A stretch of 64,000 bases of DNA, taken from assembly GCA_037386965.1 (NCBI GenBank), contig JARRLN010000002.1, positions 11,443 to 75,442 of the forward strand. Direction: 5' to 3'. Source of the DNA: Nitrospirota bacterium. GTDB taxonomy: Bacteria > Nitrospirota > Thermodesulfovibrionia > Thermodesulfovibrionales > JdFR-86. The notes below the pieces were generated by a model. That model searched no databases, was not told where the DNA came from, and worked only from the letters and a program-made list of their open reading frames with translations. This document shows, piece by piece, positions 38,126-46,521 of the stretch. The first letter of the stretch is position 1. Each line of letters begins with the position of its first letter. The translations under genes and the position numbers were made by a program.

Positions 38126-40360
38126 TCAGGACCCCTCCTCCGTCTTTCCCCCGGGGCTTCCCGCCAGCCGCCTCTTGCTCCAGAGGCCACCCAGGCCGAG
38201 GAGCATGAGGGCATAGAGCGCCGCCACCACCGCGAAGAACGTGCGGGGGGAGACCCCCGGGTCTATGAGCTTGCCCCTGTCCACCCCGTTGAGCTTCAAA
38301 ACGTAGGTTATGATGTTTGCTATCTCCTGCTGGGTCAGGGACTTGCTGTCCCCGAAATTAGGCATGTGCAGGGCAGGGCCCGGACCCGGGGGGACCGAGC
38401 CGTGCTGGATGAACCTGTCGATGTTCTTGGCGAAGGTCAGCGGGTCGTCGCTGTACAAGGCCCGGTCGATGGGATTGAGAGTCGGCACGTGGCCGCTTTG
38501 CGAGCCGGGGTTGAACGCTCCCTTCGTCCCCTCGGGGCCGTGGCAGCGCTGGCACTGCTCCTTGAAGAGAACCCCTCCGTGCCCGGCGCTTCCCACGACG
38601 TAGGCGGCCGGGCCCACCTCCCGGGGGTTGGCCTTCCCCTTGGGGCTGGGCAGGGGAGGACCCTCTTCTGCCGGTGCGGGCGCGGCCTCCGTCTTTTCCG
38701 GCGCCTTGGGCCTCGATCTTTCCTCTTTGGGCGAAGTTTTGGCCTGGGCTTTCGGTTGCTCCTTGGACGAGGCCTCGGCCTGGGCCTTGGCTACGGGTGG
38801 CCCGGCCGCGGTGACGCCGTTTAGCTTCATGACGTAGGCGATGACGTCGGCTATCTGCCGGGCTTTGAGGGTCTCGCTGAACGAGGGCATGGATATCTCG
38901 GGGTTCGGCCCCTTGGGGACGGAGCCGTGCTCGACGAAACGGTCCACGTTCCTGGCGAACTCGGCGGGGTCGCTGCTGTACAGGCTGCGGGCAATGGGGT
39001 TGAGGTCAGGGACATGCCCCATGCTGGAGCCCGGGTCTGGATGTCCGTGCTTTCCCTCCGCGCCATGGCAGGCTGCGCATATCTCTGCGAAGAGGCTCTT
39101 GCCCCGTTCCGGGTCTCCCGTGAGGGTCACGGCCTTGCCCACCGCCCTCGGATTTACATTACCCTCGGGCGCCGGCAGCTTGGGGTCTCCCCCCGCAGGC
39201 GCCTGGGCGGCCTCGCCCAGGCCGGCAAGGAGCAGGCCCGCGAGGTGCTCTCCCACGGGGTCGCCGCCGCCCTGCCGGGCCTGTGTCTGCCCTCCCGCTG
39301 GCGCCCTGCCGTACCCCTTGCTCAGGTAACCCTTTATGCTCAGGGCCAGGATGACGGCCCCGACGATAATGGCAAACGATATGGCCACCGGCCGCCTGAA
39401 AGGGTTTTTCTCGGGGCTGCGGTCGACGAAGGGCAACAGGACGAGAATGGCCACCAGGGCCCCGGGCACGGCCACCGCGCCCACAGGCTCCCAGGGGCCC
39501 TGGAAGTACTTCAGGGCCTCGTAGAGAAAGAGAAAGTTCCATTCCGGCTTGGGCACGTAGGAGGTGTCCAGCCTGTCGGCGGGGCCGCTGTAGTCCGGAG
39601 GGAGGAATACCACGAGAGCAATCAGAATAAAGAATATGAAGGAAGCGAAAAGCGCGTCCTTCAAGGCCTGGTCCGGCCAGAACGGGCCGGTGGTCCTTCT
39701 TTTCTCTTCCTTCCAGGGCCCCACGCTCCCCCCGCGGCGCATGGCCACGATGTGAAAGCCGAAAAGGAGCGTGAGCAGAAGGGGAAACACGGCCACGTGC
39801 AGGCCGAAGAGGCGGCTCAGGGCGAGCTGCCCCATGGTCTCCCCTCCCCGGAGAAAAACCCTGAGGTAATTGCCCACCACCGGCACCACGCCGGCGATGT
39901 TCGTGCCCACCTGGCCCGCCCAGTAGCCCGCCTGGTCCCAGTGCAGGGGAGCACCGGTAAAACTGAGGGCCATGAGCGTAAGGAACAGCGCTACGCCGAA
40001 AAGCCAGGTAAGCTCTCGCGGCCTCTTGTACGCCCCCCAGAGAAAGGCCCTGGCCATGTGCAGGCCGACCACCATGATGATGAGCTGGGCTCCCCAGTAG
40101 TGCAGGCCGTGGATGAGCCAGCCGAAGGGCACCTCTCGCCTGAGGTAGGTGAGGCTGTTGTATGCCTCGTGCTCCGTGGGAACGTAGTAGAAAAGCTGCA
40201 TGACCCCCGTAAGGGCCTGAAGCGAAAAGAGGACCAGGACCGCGCTGCCGAAGCTGTAAGAGAAACTGGCGCCGCCGGGTATCTCCTCGTCCAGAACAAT
40301 GTGGGCCACGCTCGAGAAAGGCCATCTCTGAGCCAGCCAATTCTTTATCGACGTCCGCAT
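38126..40360 (-). CDS. Cytochrome b (b6 plus subunit-IV-type, full length) fused to a tandem dihaem cytochrome c domain and a C-terminal TM anchor
   Basis: Helix B has His...13 residues...His; helix D has LH-x14-H (b6-type spacing). Qo-loop motif PEWNF. A low-complexity A/P/K/E linker follows. CAACH and CQRCH sit in two clearly duplicated about 100-aa domains. ATG 40360 inside ORF 38126..40624. Confidence 0.8.
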   Translation of the reverse strand: MRTSIKNWLAQRWPFSSVAHIVLDEEIPGGASFSYSFGSAVLVLFSLQALTGVMQLFYYVPTEHEAYNSLTYLRREVPFGWLIHGLHYWGAQLIIMVVGLHMARAFLWGAYKRPRELTWLFGVALFLTLMALSFTGAPLHWDQAGYWAGQVGTNIAGVVPVVGNYLRVFLRGGETMGQLALSRLFGLHVAVFPLLLTLLFGFHIVAMRRGGSVGPWKEEKRRTTGPFWPDQALKDALFASFIFFILIALVVFLPPDYSGPADRLDTSYVPKPEWNFLFLYEALKYFQGPWEPVGAVAVPGALVAILVLLPFVDRSPEKNPFRRPVAISFAIIVGAVILALSIKGYLSKGYGRAPAGGQTQARQGGGDPVGEHLAGLLLAGLGEAAQAPAGGDPKLPAPEGNVNPRAVGKAVTLTGDPERGKSLFAEICAACHGAEGKHGHPDPGSSMGHVPDLNPIARSLYSSDPAEFARNVDRFVEHGSVPKGPNPEISMPSFSETLKARQIADVIAYVMKLNGVTAAGPPVAKAQAEASSKEQPKAQAKTSPKEERSRPKAPEKTEAAPAPAEEGPPLPSPKGKANPREVGPAAYVVGSAGHGGVLFKEQCQRCHGPEGTKGAFNPGSQSGHVPTLNPIDRALYSDDPLTFAKNIDRFIQHGSVPPGPGPALHMPNFGDSKSLTQQEIANIITYVLKLNGVDRGKLIDPGVSPRTFFAVVAALYALMLLGLGGLWSKRRLAGSPGGKTEEGS

Positions 40361-40365
40361 AATTC

Positions 40366-40890
40366 CTATACGGGCACCTTCTTCGAAATGCCTACCTTGT
40401 AGCGGACCCACTCGACCAGGAGAGTATGATTCTCGACCTTGTGGGGCATGGTGTCCAGGGGTCGCGGCGCCGGGCCGGCCAGCACGCGGCCGTCCTTGGC
40501 ATAAACGCTGCCGTGGCAGGGGCACTCGAAGTGTCCGGTCTTGGGGTCCCACTTGTAGTAGCACCCCATGTGGGGACAGATGGGCGAGAACGTGGTCACG
40601 CCCTCGGGATGCTTTATCACCCACACCCTGTGCTCGACCACCTCATGGTAGTACGCTTTCTTCTCCCGCACGTCGAAGTGCAGGTCCATTGGCTGGCCCA
40701 CGGGCAGGTTTTGAAGGTCGGTCACCTTCTCGAAGGGGTTCTTCTCGGCGGGCGGAGAGGTAAAAAGGTTCTTGACGAAAGGGACCCCCAGGAGAAGGCC
40801 GTTCAGGGCCCCCAGGGCTCCGAGGGTCCACTTGAGAAACCGCCTCCGCCCTTTCGGCACGTCCCGTTCTTCCGTCCTTGCAGGCTCCAT
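40366..40890 (-). CDS. Rieske 2Fe-2S subunit of a cytochrome bc-type complex (Tat signal)
   Basis: RRRFLKWTLGALGAL twin-arginine signal; CPHMGC ... CPCHGS Rieske boxes. ATG 40890 inside ORF 40366..40980. Confidence 0.85.
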   Translation of the reverse strand: MEPARTEERDVPKGRRRFLKWTLGALGALNGLLLGVPFVKNLFTSPPAEKNPFEKVTDLQNLPVGQPMDLHFDVREKKAYYHEVVEHRVWVIKHPEGVTTFSPICPHMGCYYKWDPKTGHFECPCHGSVYAKDGRVLAGPAPRPLDTMPHKVENHTLLVEWVRYKVGISKKVPV

Positions 40891-41031
40891 TTTCTCCGTT
40901 CCTCTTTGATATCTGCGAAAAGCCGCTTTTCGAAGGTAACGCTTGATTAGGATGGTAGAGCATTTTCCCCTACCCGTCAACGGGAAAAGAAGAAAAAAGA
41001 ACGGGACGGCCCGAAACCGTTGAAAGGGAAA

Positions 41032-41883
41032 CTACGTTCGGTCCATCTCGATTTTCCTCACGGCGTTTCCCTTCTCGTCGAAGGTGCAGGCGGCAAGGAA
41101 AGGGTCGTGGTAGAAGGTAAACCAGGCGCCTTCCTCCACGCCCTTTCTCTCCAGCTCCTCCTTCCGGGCGATGGCATCCAGGGGGAAGTTGTCATAGGCC
41201 ATCACCCAGAGGGGATTGAAGTGCAGGTGGGTGGGAAGGAGGTCGGCCAGGTGAAGAGCCGTCTGTCCTCCGGAGGCCACCCTTACGACCTGATGCCCCC
41301 GGGTGTGCCCGCCCGTAGGGTGCACCGTGACGCCCTCGCAAACGGTGTGCTCGCCGTCGACGAGACGGAGGTTGACGCCCTGCACGAGGCCCTCGAAGTT
41401 CGCGGCCCAGTAGGAGCCGGCAGCGCGCCTGTTCGGGCTCGCGGCGTCTTCCCATTCGGCCCGCTGCACGATGTGCCGGGCACGGGGAAAGGCGAGCTCC
41501 CGCCTGCCGTCCCTCTTGAGCACGACCCCGCCGGCATGGTCGAAATCCAGGTGGGTGAGGACGACGTGGGTGACGTCCCCGGGGGCAAGCCCCAGGGCCG
41601 CGAGCGACCCGGGGACGTCCCATTCCTTTGTCACCCGGTATATCCTCTTCTGTTTCTCCGTGAGCTTGTTGCCAAGCCCCGTGTCCACCAGGACGAGGGC
41701 CGAGGGGGTCTTGACGAGGACCGGCGCGTTCGGAAGCCGGATGTAGTTGTCCTCCACGGGCGGGAGTTTCTTCGCCCAGAGCACCTTGGGCACCACGCCG
41801 AACATGGTTCCGCCGTCAAGCTCGAACACCCCGCCCTCAAGCCAGCGAAGCTCGAAGTCCCCTATCCGCAAAGCCTCCGCCAT
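41032..41883 (-). CDS. MBL-fold metallo-hydrolase
   Basis: 283 aa; THLDFDHAGG (HxHxDH variant) and later His/Asp ligands. Confidence 0.75.
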   Translation of the reverse strand: MAEALRIGDFELRWLEGGVFELDGGTMFGVVPKVLWAKKLPPVEDNYIRLPNAPVLVKTPSALVLVDTGLGNKLTEKQKRIYRVTKEWDVPGSLAALGLAPGDVTHVVLTHLDFDHAGGVVLKRDGRRELAFPRARHIVQRAEWEDAASPNRRAAGSYWAANFEGLVQGVNLRLVDGEHTVCEGVTVHPTGGHTRGHQVVRVASGGQTALHLADLLPTHLHFNPLWVMAYDNFPLDAIARKEELERKGVEEGAWFTFYHDPFLAACTFDEKGNAVRKIEMDRT

Positions 41884-42163
41884 GTCCTATCCCCGGGGGC
41901 GTGAACCGTCGCCCCCGGAATTCCCCGCCCTTCCCGGTTAATGCCCGGCACCTCCAGCGCCGTTACCGCGTACTATAAGAACCCGTCATGCCCGAAATCA
42001 AGAAGGCGGGACGAAGACCCTGTGCCCCGTGCGGAAGGGCGCCGGCATCCCTCACCCGGCAGACACCGCACCGAAGCCCCCCTCTGACCAAGATAATCAT
42101 CCATCTATTCAAGCACTTTGGGCTTTGCCCATGAAACGAGAGAGCACCGGAGGCACCTGGATG

Positions 42164-42193
42164 TTGCCCTCGCACAAGCCTTCGATTTATAAT
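42164..42193 (+). promoter_or_regulatory. Candidate sigma70 promoter (TTGCCC-N18-TATAAT)
   Basis: Perfect TATAAT at 42188..42193, followed by GGAGGG (42205) and GTG 42217. Supports the shorter start for the downstream gene. Confidence 0.4.
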
Positions 42194-42201
42194 AATTTTA
42201 G

Positions 42202-43215
42202 ATGGAGGGTTCAGGCGTGCTTACCAATCGCGGCCGACGTGCCTTGAAGGGCGCATTCTTCGCCTTGCTCCTTGCCATCCCGCTCCTGGCTCCGGCCCTC
42301 CCGACCTCCGAGGCGCACGCTGCCCGGAAAGGCGACAGGGCAGAGGAGCGCGTCCTTTATACGAAGAACAGCCTCTACCAATACCTTGTCGTTGCCGATG
42401 ACCTCCAGAAACAGGAGCGGTACATCTATAACTCCAAACGTGATTACATGCAGGGAGGCACGTCCCTCAAACACCCCGACGCCCTGCTCTTTGAGTACAC
42501 CCGCCTGTCCTTCATCGCCCTTGCCTTCCTCGACAGGACCCCCAAGAAGGTCCTCTTTGTCGGGCTCGGTGCGGGGTCCATGCCCCGCTGGTTTCACCGG
42601 TACTATCCCCAGGCGAAGGTGGACGTCGTGGAGATAGACCCGGAGATTTTCAAGATAGCCAAGAAGTATTTTTCCTTCCGCGAGGACGAGCGGATGAAGG
42701 TGCACATAATGGACGGCCGCCGCTTCATCAAGCGCTCCCGGGAAAAGTACGACATGGTCTTCCTCGACGCCTACCAGACGGACTACATCCCCTTCCACCT
42801 GACCACGGTGGAATTTCTCAAGGAGGTCAGGCGCATCCTGGCCGACGACGGGGTGGTGGCCTCCAACATCGTCTCGGAGCGGAGGAACAAGTACTTCTAC
42901 GCCATGATAAAGACCTACGTCGAGGTCTTCCCCCACCTTTACATTTATAAGGCCCTGCATTCGGAAAACAACATTTTTATCGCCCCGGCCTACGGCAGGA
43001 AGAAGAAAGCCGAGGACATACGGGCGAGGGCCCGCCAGCTTGAGGGGGAGAAGAGCTTCGACTTCGACCTGCCCTCCCTCAACGACTACTACGGATATTA
43101 CACGTTTTTCAAGATGCCGCCGGACACTCCGCTTCTCACCGACGACTTCGCCCCGGTGAACCTTTACAGATACATGGGAGTGGAGGAAAATAAGGGCGGG
43201 AGAAAAGCACGGTGA
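42202..43215 (+). CDS. Spermidine-synthase-like (class I SAM-dependent aminopropyl/methyl-transferase fold) protein with N-terminal signal/anchor
   Basis: VLFVGLGAGSMPR, VDVVEIDPEI, MDGRRFI and YDMVFLDAY motifs. The likely true start is GTG 42217 (RBS GGAGGG 7 nt upstream). Confidence 0.7.
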   Translation: MEGSGVLTNRGRRALKGAFFALLLAIPLLAPALPTSEAHAARKGDRAEERVLYTKNSLYQYLVVADDLQKQERYIYNSKRDYMQGGTSLKHPDALLFEYTRLSFIALAFLDRTPKKVLFVGLGAGSMPRWFHRYYPQAKVDVVEIDPEIFKIAKKYFSFREDERMKVHIMDGRRFIKRSREKYDMVFLDAYQTDYIPFHLTTVEFLKEVRRILADDGVVASNIVSERRNKYFYAMIKTYVEVFPHLYIYKALHSENNIFIAPAYGRKKKAEDIRARARQLEGEKSFDFDLPSLNDYYGYYTFFKMPPDTPLLTDDFAPVNLYRYMGVEENKGGRKAR

Positions 43216-43835
43216 TAAAATTCGTGGTCTTCGTCTGCGGGGCGCTGGTCATGTCCTACGAGATACTGGGAAGCCGGGTGCTCGCGCCGGACTTCGGAAG
43301 CTCGGTGTTCGTCTGGGGGAGCCTGATAAGCGTCTTTCTGGGCGGGCTGTCCTGCGGGTACTATCTCGGAGGCAAGGTGGCCGACGTCCGGCCCTCGACG
43401 AAGAAGCTGGGGGTCATCATCCTCGTTCCGGCAGGCATGTTCCTGGCCTTCCCCCTGTACGGGACGGCCGTTGCGGACTGGATATTCGTGAAGGACCTGG
43501 GCATCCGGCTGAGCCCCCTTCTGGCCTCCCTCATCCTGTTCTTCCCCCCCGCCGTGCTCCTGGGCATGGTGAGCCCCTATACGGCCAAGCTCATGCTCTG
43601 CAGCCTCCACACCTCGGGCAGCACCGTGGGAACCCTCTACGCCCTTTCTACCTTCGGGAGCATCGTGGGCACGCTGTTTACGTCGTTTTATCTCATCACC
43701 GTGGCCGGGGTGACCAGGCTCATCATGGGACAGGGAGTGGTCCTGCTGGCCATCACCATTCCCCTTATTTTCATGAAGCTGAGCTGCCCGGTCGCCGAGC
43801 CCGACAGTCCGCCTCCCCAAGGCGAACGCCCGTAA
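43212..43835 (+). CDS. Polytopic membrane protein resembling the membrane module of fused MFS/spermidine-synthase proteins
   Basis: 207 aa, 5-6 TM, YEILGSRVLAPDFGSSVFVWGSLISVFLGGLS. The start overlaps the upstream stop (GTGA). Confidence 0.55.
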   Translation: MIKFVVFVCGALVMSYEILGSRVLAPDFGSSVFVWGSLISVFLGGLSCGYYLGGKVADVRPSTKKLGVIILVPAGMFLAFPLYGTAVADWIFVKDLGIRLSPLLASLILFFPPAVLLGMVSPYTAKLMLCSLHTSGSTVGTLYALSTFGSIVGTLFTSFYLITVAGVTRLIMGQGVVLLAITIPLIFMKLSCPVAEPDSPPPQGERP

Positions 43836-43858
43836 GCCCAAACTCCCCGGAGCACGCG

Positions 43859-45739
43859 TCAGAGGACGCTCAGCGCCTGGTCCGCGGCGCGCCGCCCCTC
43901 CTGCGTGGCGGCCACCCAGTGCTGGTGGCCGTTCAAATCGGCGTGGCCGAAGGAGATGCGCCCGAAGGGCTCCCGGATGACCTCCGGGGGCGCGGGACGG
44001 TCCCCCGTCCCGAAGTAGAAACCCGGCTGAGGGACTACGTACCCATAGAGCCAGCGGTTCAGGATGATGCCGGCAACGTCGGTCTCCGGGTTGAACCCCG
44101 CGGGGCCGAAGAGCCGGCTGAGGTGCGAGAGGATGCGCTCCTCGTACCGGGCGTAGCTCGTCTCCAGGAGCTCCTTTCTTCCCCGCTCCACCTGCTCCGC
44201 GACGGGGAGCCCGGGCCGCTGGAAGGAAACATAGAAGGTGAGCACGATGGGCTTGTCGGGGTGAAGCGGGGGACTGTACTCGCCCACCACCATGGGCCGC
44301 CTGATATTGCAGGAGAAGCCGAACCCCTCGAACCAGCGGCAGGCGGTGTAGCCCAAGTGGTAGAGAAATCGCCAGTTGGTCAGCGCCACGTTGACGATGA
44401 GCATGGGGGCGAAGGTCATCTGCGCGAAGGCGTCCCGATGCCCCGCGGGAAGCCCCTGCACTATCCTCCTGGCGCTGTAGCTTCCCGTGGCCGCCACCAC
44501 CGCCCCGGCCTTCAGGCGGAAGGCCTTCCCGTCCCTGAGATAGGTGACCAGGACATGCTCGGACTTCGCCGGGTCCCCCTCGTGCTGCACGCGGAGCACC
44601 GAGGCCCCGGCCCGGAAGCGCACGCGGTTGTCCGGCTTGTCAAGGGCCGCCCAGCGCACGGGGCGGTTCTGTATGTCCTCAAACTTTTTCTTCCCTTCGA
44701 TGGCCTCGGGGATGAGGGCCTTGATGAAGAAACGGGAGAACCCGTCGTTGCCCCCGGGGAAGGAGTCCCAGTGGTTCGTCTTGAGGCTCCTGTGCCCCCT
44801 GAAATTGGGGAAACCGGGCATGTAAACCTGGTGGGCGGCGTATGCCGATATGACGTCGCACCCCAGCCCCACGGTGCTGGCCAGTATGGGATGGGCGAAG
44901 CGGGGAACCTCCGGGGAAAGGCCCATGACCTTTTGCAGGTACTGCTCATAGGTCATGCCGTCGAGCCACCGCTCGTAGTGCTCTCCCGTGTAGAAGCGCT
45001 CCTTGGAGTTTCTCCACCTGAGGAAGTCCCGGCGGACCGCCTCGGGATAGGGAGTGCCCTTGAAGGCGTTCTCCCAGATGCCGCCCACCCAGTGCCCGGT
45101 CCCCCGGCCCTGGCCGCCGAAGAAATACCCGATGCTCTTCGAGGTAAACCATATCCTGTAGCCGAAGTTGGTCCTGTCGAAATCCAGGTCCTTTCCCCGC
45201 ACCTGCAGGTCCTGGTACGTGAAGTGCCGCGGGACGCCTAGCTCGTCGTATATCTCGTAGCCGGGGATTCCCGGCGTAAGGACGCCAAAGGAGTTCGACC
45301 CCTGGGGGGCAATGAGGCGCACGCCGTTTACGACGAACTCGTTGCGCTTGGCCACCCCTCCGAAGATGGGGTGGTTCTCCAGGATGAGGCACCGCGCCCC
45401 CCGGGGCGCCTTTTTCTTGAACTCATGGGCGGCGGAAAGTCCCGAGAGCCCTCCGCCGGCAATCACGAGGTCGAAGGCCTCGCCGGTGTCCACCAGGTCG
45501 GCGGAGGAGGAAGGGGCCGCACCCTTGGTGATGGCCTCCAGCACCTGCATCACCTGCCGCGTGTTGCCGTGAGAGGTGGCATAATCCCCGAGGCCCCCAC
45601 ACCCCGTCCGGGGAAGCACGGCCGCCAGGAGCCTCCCCGGGGCCGGCAGGCGCAGAAGCGAGGCCCCCGTGCCCAGGAGGACCGCGTTCAGGAAATCCCG
45701 CCGGGTGATGCCCGCTTTCGCCTTGCGCGTCCGCTTCAT
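43859..45739 (-). CDS. Tat-exported NAD(P)/FAD-dependent oxidoreductase (amine/spermidine-dehydrogenase-like)
   Basis: MKRTRKAKAGITRRDFLNAVLLGTGA Tat signal; FDLVIAGGGLSGLSAA dinucleotide fold. ATG 45739 has RBS GGGAGGAG. The ORF-track start at 45856 is unsupported. Confidence 0.65.
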   Translation of the reverse strand: MKRTRKAKAGITRRDFLNAVLLGTGASLLRLPAPGRLLAAVLPRTGCGGLGDYATSHGNTRQVMQVLEAITKGAAPSSSADLVDTGEAFDLVIAGGGLSGLSAAHEFKKKAPRGARCLILENHPIFGGVAKRNEFVVNGVRLIAPQGSNSFGVLTPGIPGYEIYDELGVPRHFTYQDLQVRGKDLDFDRTNFGYRIWFTSKSIGYFFGGQGRGTGHWVGGIWENAFKGTPYPEAVRRDFLRWRNSKERFYTGEHYERWLDGMTYEQYLQKVMGLSPEVPRFAHPILASTVGLGCDVISAYAAHQVYMPGFPNFRGHRSLKTNHWDSFPGGNDGFSRFFIKALIPEAIEGKKKFEDIQNRPVRWAALDKPDNRVRFRAGASVLRVQHEGDPAKSEHVLVTYLRDGKAFRLKAGAVVAATGSYSARRIVQGLPAGHRDAFAQMTFAPMLIVNVALTNWRFLYHLGYTACRWFEGFGFSCNIRRPMVVGEYSPPLHPDKPIVLTFYVSFQRPGLPVAEQVERGRKELLETSYARYEERILSHLSRLFGPAGFNPETDVAGIILNRWLYGYVVPQPGFYFGTGDRPAPPEVIREPFGRISFGHADLNGHQHWVAATQEGRRAADQALSVL

Positions 45740-45852
45740 CGCTCCTCCCATGATAGTACAAGGTTCGCTCTTTGTGAAGAGCCGAGGCGGGACGGGTTCG
45801 GGTGTCCGAGCGGCGGGTGTGAGAGGCCGGTCCGCGCAGTGCCCGAGGGGCC

Positions 45853-46521
45853 TCAATTGTCGGGCGAGTCCAGCCTTATGATGCCCTTCTGGATGGCGAA
45901 CTTGATGAGCTCGGCGCGCGAGTGGGTGTTCAACTTCTCGGCGATGTGCGTGTGATGGGTGACCACGGTCTTCACGCTGATGTCCAGGAAGCTCGCTATC
46001 TCCTTGTAGCTCTTCCCCTCGGCGATGAGCTTGATGATCTCCCGCTCCCTCAGGGTTATCTTCTCCAGGGGGTCTTCCACCTTCGGAGGCCCCTTGCCCA
46101 GGTAGCCGTCCACCACCGCGGAGGCGATGGAAGGCGAAAGATAGAACCCGCCGTCCCTGACCCCGCGGATGGCGTTGATGAGCTCCCCGCCCACGGCCTT
46201 CTTCAGGATGTACCCCGAAACGCCGGCCTTGAGGAACCGCGAGACGTACTCCTTGTCGTCGTACTGGCTCAGGACCAGCACCCGCACCCCGGGGTGCTTC
46301 TTGAGTATCTCGGCCGTGGCCTCCAGGCCCCCGATGCCGGGCATGGCGATGTCCATGACCACCACGTCGGGGAAAAGCTCGTTGACCTTCTCGATGGCCT
46401 CCTTGCCGTCGGCGGCCTCGCCCACGACCTCCACGTCCTCGTACATGCTCAGGATGAGGGCGATGCCCTCCCGCACCATGGCATGGTCGTCAACGATGAC
46501 TATCCGGGTCCGTCTGTCCAT
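45853..46521 (-). CDS. Response regulator, NarL/FixJ (LuxR-type HTH) family
   Basis: Receiver domain (IVIVDDH...VVVMDIAMPG) plus a C-terminal LuxR HTH (LTLREREIIKLIAEGKSYKEIA). Confidence 0.9.
   Translation of the reverse strand: MDRRTRIVIVDDHAMVREGIALILSMYEDVEVVGEAADGKEAIEKVNELFPDVVVMDIAMPGIGGLEATAEILKKHPGVRVLVLSQYDDKEYVSRFLKAGVSGYILKKAVGGELINAIRGVRDGGFYLSPSIASAVVDGYLGKGPPKVEDPLEKITLREREIIKLIAEGKSYKEIASFLDISVKTVVTHHTHIAEKLNTHSRAELIKFAIQKGIIRLDSPDN

Noticed and set aside
38300-39100. Apparent internal DNA repeat in the cytochrome b-c gene
   Set aside because: It reflects an old tandem duplication of the cytochrome c domain, roughly 60% identical at the DNA level by eye. It is not a repeat element or an assembly artefact.
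41893-41918. Perfect 9-bp GC hairpin (CCGGGGGCG-N8-CGCCCCCGG) just upstream of the MBL hydrolase start
   Set aside because: No U-tract follows on either strand, and it matches no known regulatory RNA. Such GC hairpins are frequent by chance at this GC content, so I noted it but did not call it as a feature.
43859-45856. Long form of the flavoprotein ORF (start at 45856), overlapping the response regulator stop
   Set aside because: The Tat signal and a strong RBS sit at ATG 45739, and the upstream 39 codons have no support.
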